This document shows positions 50,204 to 61,951 of a DNA stretch of 64,000 bases, piece after piece. Numbering within the stretch: position 1 is the first letter of the stretch; each line of letters begins with the position of its first letter. Made by a program: the position numbers and the translations under genes. The notes under the pieces were generated by a model, which saw nothing but the letters and a program-made list of their open reading frames with translations, did no database searches and had not been told where the DNA came from. The DNA is from Candidatus Bathyarchaeota archaeon (GTDB taxonomy: Archaea > Thermoproteota > Bathyarchaeia > Bathyarchaeales > Bathycorpusculaceae): positions 224,001-288,000 of the forward strand of contig CAWGZR010000010.1 in assembly GCA_963827165.1 (NCBI GenBank). Reading direction: 5' to 3'.

Positions 50204-50854
50204 TTAGCTTGGCGAGTTGTAGTAGCCCTTGTCCACCTTAACAAAGATCAATGGACCTTTGCTCTGCGACATCTCGCGGGCTTTCCGAAGTGCCTCGTTA
50301 ACGATGGTGAACACTTGCTCGCGTTCGTTCAGTTCTTGCACGCGTTTTTCACCGAGCTCCATCTTGAGCAGGTTCTCAGACAATATTTCGGTGCCACAGA
50401 TTTCCCCGTTCTTAAGTAGGGTTGTTATGATGATTTCTTGAAGCTCCTGCTTGTGATCAATCCGTTTCCATAGCGGCTCGGCACTGGTGAGAGTCTTGGA
50501 AATCTTGTTCCATCGAGTGGCGTTCTGGTCGCCTATCAGCAACTTAACGCGTTCCTTCCATTTCTTAAACCAAATCCCAATCCAAACAGTCAAGAACGCT
50601 TCTAACTCTGAGGAATCCTCCTTGAAAACTGCCTCCAACCGTTCTACCAACTCACATTGGCTAGCCTCTCTTCCAATCAGATCCCAATGAAACTTCAGGA
50701 AATTTGTAAAGTCCTGGCAAGCCACTTGCAATACTTTGCGGTCAGACCCCATAATGTCAAGAGCTGGATCCGCATCCTTCAATTTCTCCCCTATCATCAA
50801 TTCAACAAAGTTCATTCTGATTCCCGCTCCAAAGCCCTCTCCAATTAAGACCAT
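50204..50854 (-). CDS. Hypothetical protein
   Basis: 216-aa ORF with protein-like composition, no motif recognised. Confidence 0.65.
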   Translation of the reverse strand: MVLIGEGFGAGIRMNFVELMIGEKLKDADPALDIMGSDRKVLQVACQDFTNFLKFHWDLIGREASQCELVERLEAVFKEDSSELEAFLTVWIGIWFKKWKERVKLLIGDQNATRWNKISKTLTSAEPLWKRIDHKQELQEIIITTLLKNGEICGTEILSENLLKMELGEKRVQELNEREQVFTIVNEALRKAREMSQSKGPLIFVKVDKGYYNSPS

Positions 50855-50948
50855 AGATCAAGGTTTCTGATAAACCTTATTTTTTCTATCAAATATAAAG
50901 GGCTAAGATGGTTTCAGACAATATTTCGAATTTCGATATATCGCAGAA

Positions 50949-51605
50949 TCATCCGATGAAATTCGGAAGCGCGGTCACATCGTCTAAAATTAAATCTGGC
51001 TCTTCCCTCTCAAGTTCTTCACATTGGAAAAGTCCCGATAAAACAGCAACGGTCCGCGCTCCAGCTGCTTTTCCGGCACGCACATCATTAACAGAGTCGC
51101 CCGCAATCACGCAGTCAGCAATGTTAACGCCTAAAGTCTTGACGCAACTAAGCAACGCTTCAGGTGAAGGTTTAGGCTTGAACGCGTCCAAAGCGGTTAC
51201 GACATAGGTAAAGTACTTTGATATACCGAAAAACTCCAGTTCGTCCAGGATAGATTGCTTTGGAACGTACCGCATAGTTATCAAGGCGAGCTTCTTTTTT
51301 TCTGCCAAAGCCTCTAGTGCAGACTTAACATTGGGAATAAGTTTGGTTTTGTGTTGAGTAATTGAGTAGTAGGTTTTCAAGTATGCGCTTAGGAACTTTT
51401 TGCTTTCACCATATGTGATGTCGTTTATTGACAAACCCTGTTCAAGTCTTCGGGGGATTTCCAAAGCAGTTACATTGGGTACAGGAGGTTGACCGATGGC
51501 TTCAAACGATACTCGTGCCGCTTCCACGTAGGCTTCGGTAGAGTCAACTATGGTGCCATCCAAATCCAAGAAAACACATTTTGCCTTGAAACCATTTTCA
51601 AGCAT
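50949..51605 (-). CDS. HAD family hydrolase (phosphoglycolate phosphatase-like)
   Basis: DLDGT, KPKPSP, GDSVND..GKAAG. Confidence 0.9.
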   Translation of the reverse strand: MLENGFKAKCVFLDLDGTIVDSTEAYVEAARVSFEAIGQPPVPNVTALEIPRRLEQGLSINDITYGESKKFLSAYLKTYYSITQHKTKLIPNVKSALEALAEKKKLALITMRYVPKQSILDELEFFGISKYFTYVVTALDAFKPKPSPEALLSCVKTLGVNIADCVIAGDSVNDVRAGKAAGARTVAVLSGLFQCEELEREEPDLILDDVTALPNFIG

Positions 51606-51740
51606 TTCTCTCTCGCTCCAACTGTGCTCTATATTTCTTAAACGTTTCCTACAAATCGCAATAAAACTAAGTTCTCGACATGATTTCTGCATCGCCCCAT
51701 ATCTGAAAGAAAGGAGGAAGAAAAGAGACTCTTTTTATCT

Positions 51741-53186
51741 TTATGCAGCGGATGGACGTCGTGTTTCTTTTCCCCTTATGTATGAGAGTATTCCTGCGAA
51801 TGCCAATATGGCAACGGACGCGTAAAAAGCGTGGTCTATTCCGGATATGAATGCTTGGCTTACCCCGCCAGATAGGCTTGTTGTTCCGATAAACACTTCG
51901 AAAGCAACATAGCGGGGAATCGAAGCAGAGGCAACAGAGATTGATAAAACGTAGCTGCCGACTAACCCGATGTTCTGGACAGTTCTCAGCAAACCCGATA
52001 TACTCCCGTATGATCCGGCCCGTGCATTAGCCATAACTGCGCTGTTGTTGGCCGGGAAAAACATGGATGTTCCTAGACCTGATACTGCTGAAGCGAAAAG
52101 CACGATGTAAAGCGGGGTCATCGTACCCATGGTCAAATAAATCAGCACTGCGACTGCCAAGAAGAATATTCCCATTGTAGCGATTTCTCTGGACCCGTAC
52201 TTGTCCGAAAGCCTACCCATTATTGGACCCAAAAAGCTGCCTGCTACGTATCCTGGAACCAGAAGCAGCGAGGCATTGAGCGGAGTGAGCGCCCTTATTC
52301 CCTGCAAATACATAATTACAAGAAATATCACAGAGAAGTAGCCGACACTGGTGAAAAACGCCGCCAAGATGGCGTTTCGAAGAACTCTGATTCTTAGGGC
52401 CTGAAAATCAATTAAAGGATTCACAAGCCTGCGGTCGTAAAGTGCGAATACGGGTATCAAAGCCGCTCCAATCACCGACAAAACGAAATTTAACTTGCTT
52501 AGACCCTCAGCTGCGAAATTGACCAAGCCGTAGGACAACAAGACCAGTGCTGTGGCGAGTAGCCCCATTCCAACAAGGTCTAGTTTGGCATTTGTTTTCT
52601 CTGAATCCTTTAGGTATTTTAGCCCTACAATAACTGCGATTATGCCTATTGGGATGTTTATGAAGAAAATGTATTGCCAGCTGATGAAGCTGGTTATGAT
52701 TCCGCCCAGTACAATGCCAAGCAATGCTCCTGCCGTGAAGCCCAGGGAATTGTAGCCGTATGCTCTGCCGCGTCTTTCTCTAGGAAAGTAATCAGCTATT
52801 ATGGCGCCGCTGGTGGCTTGCAGGATAGCTCCTCCCGCCGCTTGCACCACTCTGAATGCTATAAGCAGGTATATGTGAGTGGACAGACCGCATAGGGCTG
52901 AGCCGACCGTGAAAATTACAAAGCCTAAATTGAATATTTTGCTTCTGCCATAGATATCTCCGATTCTGCCCATTTGCGTAGTCGCGACGGCTAAGACCAG
53001 AAGATAAGCCAGAATGATCCAAAGTGACGTGGCAAGGTTTGAGTGTAAGCTGTCGTTTATTGTGGGAAAAGCCAAAAGAACAATGGTGCTGTCCAAAGCT
53101 CCCATCAATGTTCCCAGCATAACGATGCCTAAAACTATGCTGCTATGCCTGGGTAAGACTTCAACCGGTTTACTCGGGTTCTGCAT
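51741..53186 (-). CDS. MFS transporter, DHA2 (EmrB/QacA-like)
   Basis: LDSTIV, GRIGDIYGR, WQYIFFINIPIG; 14-TM size. Confidence 0.9.
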   Translation of the reverse strand: MQNPSKPVEVLPRHSSIVLGIVMLGTLMGALDSTIVLLAFPTINDSLHSNLATSLWIILAYLLVLAVATTQMGRIGDIYGRSKIFNLGFVIFTVGSALCGLSTHIYLLIAFRVVQAAGGAILQATSGAIIADYFPRERRGRAYGYNSLGFTAGALLGIVLGGIITSFISWQYIFFINIPIGIIAVIVGLKYLKDSEKTNAKLDLVGMGLLATALVLLSYGLVNFAAEGLSKLNFVLSVIGAALIPVFALYDRRLVNPLIDFQALRIRVLRNAILAAFFTSVGYFSVIFLVIMYLQGIRALTPLNASLLLVPGYVAGSFLGPIMGRLSDKYGSREIATMGIFFLAVAVLIYLTMGTMTPLYIVLFASAVSGLGTSMFFPANNSAVMANARAGSYGSISGLLRTVQNIGLVGSYVLSISVASASIPRYVAFEVFIGTTSLSGGVSQAFISGIDHAFYASVAILAFAGILSYIRGKETRRPSAA

Positions 53187-53400
53187 TCCAGTGCCTCTTT
53201 TCGATAGCTCTAAAACCTGTTTCTTCCTCAATTACTGACTAAGCGTCAATTTATAAATCTGGCGCAGTCGGAGAAATTGAGCGAGCAGACACATAATTGT
53301 AGGGTAGGCTGAAGATGCCTTCGTTGATGGTTAATGTACAAAAACAGTCTAGATAAGTAATTATAATTCAAAGAACCCTATTTTCAGAACGAATCTGCTC

Positions 53401-53886
53401 TTGCTAGTGTTTCAAATGCCTGAGAAAACCGCTTCTCCAACCGACATCTTCAGTTTAATGTCAGAAGAGAGCCCTGAGCAGGCGAAAAAGAAGCAGCGAC
53501 ATGAACTTCTGGAACCAACAGGTGTAAAAGACCTTTTCGCCGAAGGCAGGATAGACATAAACAATTTCACCTGCGTCGGAGTTCAATGTAAACTTTGCAT
53601 CAAAGCCTGCCCAACCAACGCTTTATACTGGACAAACGGCAAGGTAGCGGTGATAGATGATTTATGCGTTCACTGCGGCGCCTGTGTGCTAAACTGTATG
53701 GTTGACGACTGCATAAAAATTGAGCGGAAAAGAGAAGACGGTACAAAAGAATGTTTCAGTAAACCAAAAGACGTTGTTGCGCTAACTGATAAACTGAATT
53801 CCAAGAGACGCTTAGGAAGGGTGAAGACGATCTTCCCGACCGCTGAAGATTATCGGCACAGGTACCTCGATAAACCTGAGCTGTGA
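53401..53886 (+). CDS. 4Fe-4S dicluster ferredoxin-like protein
   Basis: CVGVQCKLCIKACP and CVHCGACVLNC. Confidence 0.85.
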   Translation: MLVFQMPEKTASPTDIFSLMSEESPEQAKKKQRHELLEPTGVKDLFAEGRIDINNFTCVGVQCKLCIKACPTNALYWTNGKVAVIDDLCVHCGACVLNCMVDDCIKIERKREDGTKECFSKPKDVVALTDKLNSKRRLGRVKTIFPTAEDYRHRYLDKPEL

Positions 53887-53933
53887 TTTCAAAGTTGCTT
53901 CGGGAAACGAACTATAATTCTTAATCAGCAATG

Positions 53934-55100
53934 TCATCCAAGGGAAGCTTGCAGATGTTTTATTGAAACTGTCGTTCCGCTACGAGTCGATAACTCGATT
54001 TTTTCTCCGAAGCCTCTCTTTGCATAAGCGTTTTCTAGGAGCAATTCGTCGCCTGCTTTCAAGGCTTCAAGCGCGTCTGCATGTTGGCGCCAAGCTGTAA
54101 CCCGAACGGTGCCCGACTCGTCTTTCAGGTCAAAAACGATTAATTTCACGCTTTCACCTTTGCCGGTGGTTACTTGCTTGTTTTGGGGAGCCGACGCTAC
54201 GATGCCTTGAACGTTAACGGTTTGGTTTTCCATTAATTTATCGATTTTCGTCAGCAACTGCTGGGCTGTTTGAACATCGATGTATGTGTATGAGTCCACG
54301 TGAACTTCAAAGCCGCCGTTTTGAGTTTCTTTCACTCGGGCATTTAGAAGGAGCAAACGCGAATTGACTTTTAGGGTTTCTATTTCGACCGTTTTCTCGT
54401 TCCAAACCACGGTTACGACTTGTCCTGAATCGTCAGCAAGAGTAACCCTCATCACTTTTCCGTCAACGTCGCCGCTTCGAGGAAACGTCGTTAAACCTGA
54501 AACAGCTTTTACCGTGCCTGCAAGATGAACCGTGCCTGATATACATGTCAAAGAACCTATTTTTGTGGCGAACTTCTCAGCAGCTGGGTAAATACTGGTT
54601 TTTTCTGTGGGGTCAACTTCAATTTTGCTTTTGCCGCCCATATGCAACTCCACTTTTCCGAAGCGGTCTTCCTTGGTGTATCCGTGCATGAGCTTGACGT
54701 CTTGTCCAACATCGAGTTCGCCGCATTCAACTATGCTTGCTTTGTCATTCCAGAGCATAACCCGAATGATTCCTTCTTTGTCTGCAAGCATTAAAGTCGC
54801 GTATTTGCCTGGTTTTTCTCCTTCGAAAGTGCGAACTGGGTAGACTGCGACTAAGCGACCCTCCACCGTAACATCGTTTAAGCCTGCGAATAATTGGCCA
54901 GTGGATAAGGTTCCGCTGTTGCTGATGCCGTTTTGCTGCACTTCAACCCCATACTTTGCGGCGATGAGCCTAAGAAGCGTCTCGTCACCAAATAAACCGC
55001 CGCTCCTCGACCGCTCATCTTTTAGCCTATCAAGAACTTGCTCTTGGGTAACCTCAGGGTTCTGGGCGAGAATTTTCTGAATGATGTCAATAGCACTCAT
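53934..55100 (-). CDS. Replication protein A / multi-OB-fold ssDNA-binding protein
   Basis: Three repeats of xDxxGxxxVxxW (LADKEGIIRVMLW, LADDSGQVVTVVW, LKDESGTVRVTAW). Confidence 0.85.
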   Translation of the reverse strand: MSAIDIIQKILAQNPEVTQEQVLDRLKDERSRSGGLFGDETLLRLIAAKYGVEVQQNGISNSGTLSTGQLFAGLNDVTVEGRLVAVYPVRTFEGEKPGKYATLMLADKEGIIRVMLWNDKASIVECGELDVGQDVKLMHGYTKEDRFGKVELHMGGKSKIEVDPTEKTSIYPAAEKFATKIGSLTCISGTVHLAGTVKAVSGLTTFPRSGDVDGKVMRVTLADDSGQVVTVVWNEKTVEIETLKVNSRLLLLNARVKETQNGGFEVHVDSYTYIDVQTAQQLLTKIDKLMENQTVNVQGIVASAPQNKQVTTGKGESVKLIVFDLKDESGTVRVTAWRQHADALEALKAGDELLLENAYAKRGFGEKIELSTRSGTTVSIKHLQASLG

Positions 55101-55327
55101 GTTGCGCCGACACGAATACAATTCGGATGCTTTTAATTTTTTTGCATTTCTCGTCTCCTTCCTCGGCATGAAGTTGTGACGAGTTAAATCTCAAAAGAAA
55201 TCTGCTTTTGCGGTCGGATTTGGGTTATTTTTTTGGTTTAGGCTCAGGTTTGAGTTTAGGCAAGGTCACTGGATGAAGATAACAAGAAAACTGAGAAAGG
55301 CGGAAACGGGAAGTTTGATCGTTTTTC

Positions 55328-55906
55328 CTAAGAGGCGTGTTGTTCGATGAATTTGCCTAAGTCAAGAATTGTCAAATCGCCCTTACAGATAGTGCAGAAC
55401 CTTGGAATTTGAGTTGCCTTCGCCCCGATCTTAAGCTGCGTCCCACAATGCGGGCAATAATAAGTCAGCGTTTGCCCCGTCTTAGCCAGATTTTTGACTA
55501 GATCTCCAGCAGCTACATTTGGCTTAGGCATTTTTCTCCTTGCTGCTTCCGCTTCTTCTTCCATACCCCATTTGTCGTACCCAGAGGCTGCCTCCTCAAA
55601 TTTTCCCTGCGACTCAAGCTTCTTGATTTCCGCAACCGCAACATCTTTGTCATTGGAGAAGTCGCCGCATTTTTCAGCCTCAACAAAATACAGAGTGTAA
55701 CCAACCGTCACCGGCTTTAGCTTTTTGCCCCGTTTTTTGCAGGTTTCCTCGGTGAAGTAGCTGCATTCCTCACAGCTGCGAAGACCCTTATACTCCTTCT
55801 CAACTTTCCAGTAGCAATCCGCACAGTAAGATCGTTCTTCGCCGCCGATTTTCGCGGTCGGCATATTGCCCTTAGATTCTTTGCTGCAACCGTAACATTT
55901 AGCCAT
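55328..55906 (-). CDS. Hypothetical multi-CxxC zinc-binding protein
   Basis: CYGC, CADC, CEEC, CPHCG, CTIC. Confidence 0.7.
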   Translation of the reverse strand: MAKCYGCSKESKGNMPTAKIGGEERSYCADCYWKVEKEYKGLRSCEECSYFTEETCKKRGKKLKPVTVGYTLYFVEAEKCGDFSNDKDVAVAEIKKLESQGKFEEAASGYDKWGMEEEAEAARRKMPKPNVAAGDLVKNLAKTGQTLTYYCPHCGTQLKIGAKATQIPRFCTICKGDLTILDLGKFIEQHAS

Positions 55907-56057
55907 GTCTTAAGACCTCAATTCCAAGTTTGTTTTCTGGAACTGATTAATTGCAATTAAAGGTTGAGGTGTAATATAAAAAAGCGACGCAACACTTGCC
56001 CGGCAGATTTGGGGCAAAGTTAAATCTAAGCTTGATAAATACGGTAAGAGAAACAAC

Positions 56058-56564
56058 ATGACCATCAAACAACGAAGATATCCCCTGAAAAACAAAGAGG
56101 CAAAACAGGTCCTATCCGAAGCTTCAACTAACCTCAAACTTGACCTCGAAACACTTTTCGGCAGCAAAGCCACGGTGGAAGTCGTCGAATCCGAAGTCGG
56201 CCAAATATACCTTATCGAAGGAAAACCCATACTCTTCAAAGCTGACGGCAAAATCTTTCCAACCCTACACTTCACCGAGTACATCGTTGGCGCACCCAAA
56301 ATTGTCGTGGACATGGGCGCTGTACCATACGTCTGCAAGGGCGCAACAGTGATGGCTCCGGGCATAGTGCGAATTGAAGGAGAGTTCAGCAAAGACAACC
56401 TTGTCGTTGTTATAGATATTAAACATGGGAAAGCTTTGGGGCTTGGCGAAGCACTGATGAACGCGGAAACGGCTCGGCAAACAAAGAAAGGCCCAATAGT
56501 TAAAACTCTGCATTTTGTGAGCGACAAGATCTGGGATGCGACAAAGACCTTATTGGAATCGTAA
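56058..56564 (+). CDS. PUA-domain RNA-binding protein (pre-PUA/DUF1947 + PUA)
   Basis: IFPTL, VVDMGAVPYVCKGATVMAPGI, LHFVSD.IW. Confidence 0.88.
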   Translation: MTIKQRRYPLKNKEAKQVLSEASTNLKLDLETLFGSKATVEVVESEVGQIYLIEGKPILFKADGKIFPTLHFTEYIVGAPKIVVDMGAVPYVCKGATVMAPGIVRIEGEFSKDNLVVVIDIKHGKALGLGEALMNAETARQTKKGPIVKTLHFVSDKIWDATKTLLES

Positions 56565-56584
56565 ATTAAGCGGATTTCGTAGCT

Positions 56585-57448
56585 CTATTCCTCGAGTACA
56601 CCAATTAAATTCTCGATGTCTTTGATCCAAGTGTTTATTGATTCTATGTTTTCATCTTGGTTTCGTGATACTTTCTGCATTCCGCTCAGTTGGTCAAGCT
56701 GGTGCTTGTAGTATCCAGCCAACAAGTTCAATGGCTTTATGAATTGCGCTGTTGGTTCATGTCTTTCTATTTTATTGCCTAAACTGCTAAGCGCCATGGT
56801 CATTTCTTCCACGGTCATGTCAGCGTTTTTCTTGAAATCTTGAAGTACCCACTGCTTGAAGACTATATTGCGTTTTCTCCAGCCAGTGGATTGCTCAGTG
56901 AAGGTTTTGAGCACGGCTTGATAAAGCGGCATGACAGGTTCTGTTTCAGGCGTGGACATTTTAGGCGAAACAATGGAGCTTTTTTCCACCGCCAAAGAGT
57001 CATAATGCGTCTCGTCGAAAGTTAGAGTCAAACTAACGCAAGCCCTAAGTGGGGTACCTAACGCAATCCATAGGTTACTCATCTCAACCACAGAAAGTGA
57101 ATCCATTTTTACCCTGAAACCCCTAATGCTGTCATCATCTGAACTAGCAATCGTCGATGCTTGAAAAAATACATGAATTATTTTTTCGAGCAATGAATGA
57201 GCGTCTTTATCATTTGCACTTAGTGGTGTAACAAGGTAGTGCAATGCAAAAACTGGTTCAACTGTTATGTTATAGAGAAAAATCGATAATTTTCCCAGTC
57301 CATGTGTGCCTACAGTTTTCGGAGACGAAAACGAAATCTGCTCGTGGCTTAAGACCAAATTTTTTGAGGCGGACTCTTTTTCTACGCCTTTCCAGACAAG
57401 ATTCGACAGCACCTCGTCGGCATAAGAGATGAAGGCCTTTTGAGACAT
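56585..57448 (-). CDS. Pvc16/DUF4255-like N-terminal domain protein with unknown C-terminal domain
   Basis: LSIFLYNI, HYLVTP, LLEKIIHVF, LSVVEMSNLWIALGTPLRACVSL match the Pvc16_N pattern from memory. Confidence 0.6.
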   Translation of the reverse strand: MSQKAFISYADEVLSNLVWKGVEKESASKNLVLSHEQISFSSPKTVGTHGLGKLSIFLYNITVEPVFALHYLVTPLSANDKDAHSLLEKIIHVFFQASTIASSDDDSIRGFRVKMDSLSVVEMSNLWIALGTPLRACVSLTLTFDETHYDSLAVEKSSIVSPKMSTPETEPVMPLYQAVLKTFTEQSTGWRKRNIVFKQWVLQDFKKNADMTVEEMTMALSSLGNKIERHEPTAQFIKPLNLLAGYYKHQLDQLSGMQKVSRNQDENIESINTWIKDIENLIGVLEE

Positions 57449-57584
57449 AAATATCGATTAACTACGTTGTCAGGTTCCTAAAAAGAGTTTGTAGCCAAAA
57501 TTCTTTTCGATTTAACGAAGATTCTGCTTAAATAAGAACTTTGAAAGTAAGAAATGAAACCCGGGCTATAGATTGCTAATGTTT

Positions 57585-59283
<1,699 letters not shown>

Positions 59284-59451
59284 TCAGACCTAACTGAGCA
59301 ATTAGTCAGGTCCACATACGTGTCCCCGCAACTGGAGGCCAACACCATCATCCCTGCAAGGCAATCGCCGTTTCGGTACGGGTTGAGCCGCCGCCATGTG
59401 AAAATTGCGGGGCTAGCAATTATAGCTGAATTCTTACAGAAGCGCCCTTAT

Positions 59452-59470
59452 CCGATATAAACATTTCTTT
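59452..59470 (-). promoter_or_regulatory. Probable rRNA promoter (BRE/TATA)
   Basis: Minus strand AAAGAAATGTTTATAT upstream of a GC-rich leader. Confidence 0.5.
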
Positions 59471-59976
59471 AACATTGAAATAAACATTATCACGTTGAGC
59501 CTGAGCCGTTTTGCTGTGCTAAATTCAAAGATTCCCGTTAACCTTATGCGCCAGCGTAATGGAAAAAAGGGAAGAAACATATGCTTTCTAAGGTTTGAGT
59601 TACCAGCCTTTGCTACCGCTGCTTTTCATGTGGACTTCGGACTGGTGTTTGTCGTATTCTTCCCGTGTTTTGAAGGTTTTATTGTCTTGGACGAAGATGA
59701 ATTTGCCGTCTATTCTTCAGGATCAATTAGGTCTTTATTATTTCTGCTTTGCAGTTGCTGCCGCCCAATCGAGTTATGTTTGTTTTAACGTGGTCATGAA
59801 CCCTTGCATCAGTAACACGTATTACTAAATCTTGAACTCGGCAATACGTCCCTTTTAGGGTTACATTCCGCAGTTTTTAGGCAAGCTGTCACCGATAAAA
59901 ATCAGTGTACGGAACAATAGTCAAGTTTGTCAGTTTAGCGTTAAAAACGATTTATTAAATAAGAGGAAAAAAGGCT

Positions 59977-60213
59977 TTAGCTCTTTTCTTTCTCATAGAT
60001 TTTATGCCTATCCATTGTTTCTTTGGTAGCCCTGGTTTTTCCTAAACTACCGTTGTGTGCACTCAAGACAAATTTCAAAGTATTTTCCTTAAAAAACTCT
60101 CTAAATTGGTTTCCGCATTGGGTACACTTGTACATTTTAATATGGAATTGGCCAAATTTCCATTCCTTATCAGGTTCTTTCACGTGGGCGGTTCAATTCG
60201 GACATTTCGGCAT
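59977..60213 (-). CDS. Small Zn-ribbon protein with in-frame TGA at codon 7 (pseudogene, base error or recoding)
   Basis: MPKCPN*TAHVKEPDKEWKFGQFHIKMYKCTQCGNQFREF; TGA at 60193-60195. Confidence 0.55.
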
Positions 60214-60356
60214 AAATTTTCAACCTATCAAATCAAAGGGCAAAATAACTATATATACCAATTCAGACGCAGATTTCCTAACCAAATTTTTCGTCTCTTA
60301 GAAAGAAACTAATTCAAATCCAAATGGGGGAACTCAATTTTAGAGAATAAGTCGTT

Positions 60357-60557
60357 TTATCCTCTGTTTGGAGCAAGCTTGAATTGGCGTCTTTGTTTTT
60401 TTCCGCGAGGGGTGCGTGACCCTGATGGTTTTTCATTTTGCTTCGTACTTACTTTTTTGTTCTTCTCACCACTGTATCTATTCACATCTTTTTCGTGAGA
60501 AGAGGGTGGCTGCTTCGTCTCTTGCTCAATATTTTTAATATTTTCTTTTTCACTCAT
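60357..60557 (-). CDS. Small basic hypothetical protein
   Basis: GGAGTG RBS, 66 aa, hydrophilic. Confidence 0.45.
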   Translation of the reverse strand: MSEKENIKNIEQETKQPPSSHEKDVNRYSGEKNKKVSTKQNEKPSGSRTPRGKKQRRQFKLAPNRG

Positions 60558-60571
60558 TATCTTTCACTCCA

Positions 60572-60898
60572 CTATTCGGGTTTTAATTCTCTGTCTTCAC
60601 TGTAGTCTCTGTCCTCGTGGACTTCCTCTTCAGCTTCGTCTTCTTTTTCTTCTTCCGACTCGATTGCTTCTTCGCCTTCAGCCGCTGCCTTGTCTTCTGC
60701 TTCGCCTTTTGGCGGATAAGCCTTGTCTAACCAAACTTCAAACTGCCTTCTGCTGTCAGAGACAGAAAAAGTCCACTCACACAATCCACTAATGACTTTG
60801 CTAACGTCAATGTCGCGTTCGTCAGCTAAACGTTTCAAATACTCTTCCCAATTTGCAGGCAAAGACACGGAAAAACTACCCATAAAAAATATCTCCAC
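60572..60898 (-). CDS. RHH/CopG-like protein with acidic tail
   Basis: FSVSLPANWEEYLKRLADERDIDVSKVI. Confidence 0.6.
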   Translation of the reverse strand: MEIFFMGSFSVSLPANWEEYLKRLADERDIDVSKVISGLCEWTFSVSDSRRQFEVWLDKAYPPKGEAEDKAAAEGEEAIESEEEKEDEAEEEVHEDRDYSEDRELKPE

Positions 60899-60966
60899 TA
60901 CCTTGTTAGTGCCAAGTTATATTTAAACTTCAAAACCCTGAAATTTGCGGCCTATAATGGATGTGT

Positions 60967-61119
60967 CTATCTTTGCTCTTTCAGTAATTGTAATCTCTTA
61001 GCAACTTCTTTGGAGATTTTTTCTAAACCCTGTGCTAAGTCTTCACGATCGACTTCGTCTAATGGGTAATATTTCCCTTCTTTGTCGATGAACACAAGTT
61101 CCAATTTTCCGTTTACCAT
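60967..61119 (-). CDS. Small hypothetical protein (50 aa)
   Basis: MVNGKLELVFIDKEGKYYPLDEVDREDLAQGLEKISKEVAKRLQLLKEQR. Confidence 0.5.
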   Translation of the reverse strand: MVNGKLELVFIDKEGKYYPLDEVDREDLAQGLEKISKEVAKRLQLLKEQR

Positions 61120-61605
61120 AATTTTCGCCTTTTCGATTAAATTCTTATTGTGTTCGCGATTCGCTTAAACTTTTCTTGTTTCAGTTAGAAGCGGCGCTGC
61201 AATCTCGATGCCCGGAATGATGGACATTTTTGCCACAGAATAAATTTGGATTATGCAGCTGTTCGCCTTATAGGGTTCCATTGGCACTGCTGGCAGCAGC
61301 TCAAGCTAATATCGAGGAAAGAAAGAACCATAAACCGTTTCACTATCCTATTGATTCTGAAAAATGTGGTTATTTGCAGCGTATTATTTGTTTGTTCCGT
61401 GGTGGCTCCATTTGCCATTGCAGCAGACGTTGTAGTCGCAGGTTACGCATGAATCTTTTACCCCGAGCTCGCAAACATCATTGATTTCATCGTCGTTCAT
61501 TTTCGAATCTCCAGTATCAATGTAATCATGAGTAGTAATATAAGTGGAATTTCTAAACTTCGAATATATCGGGAAACGTAATACCCTTGCCGAGCTGAGT
61601 TGGGT

Positions 61606-61822
61606 TTAATCTTTGGGGAGGTCTTCCTCTTTAGCGTTTGAAAGAGTGCTTTCTTTCAGGCGAAACCTTCCGCGCCCAGGATACTCAAACATATCACACT
61701 GAGCATCAGGATGACTTTCTTTCCTGTTGTAAACGCCTTTATCGATTAACATGATCAATAGATCAAGGCACCTTTGCGTAAGCCTAATAGTTATGGGTTC
61801 ACGCTTCTTATTATTTTGACAC
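61606..61822 (-). pseudogene. Degenerate RHH (CopG/Arc-like) gene
   Basis: KREPITIRLTQRCLDLLIMLIDKGVYN with no clean in-frame start. Confidence 0.35.
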
Positions 61823-61951
61823 TTTTAAAGTCGCTATTCACGCCCTCTTTTGCCCAATTTCAATTCGGGAGCAATGGCGCATAAGGTCAGGTTAGATAAA
61901 CAGCCCCCATTTGTCGGCCAAAAGATCAAGCTCAGAATGTGTGAAAACCAA

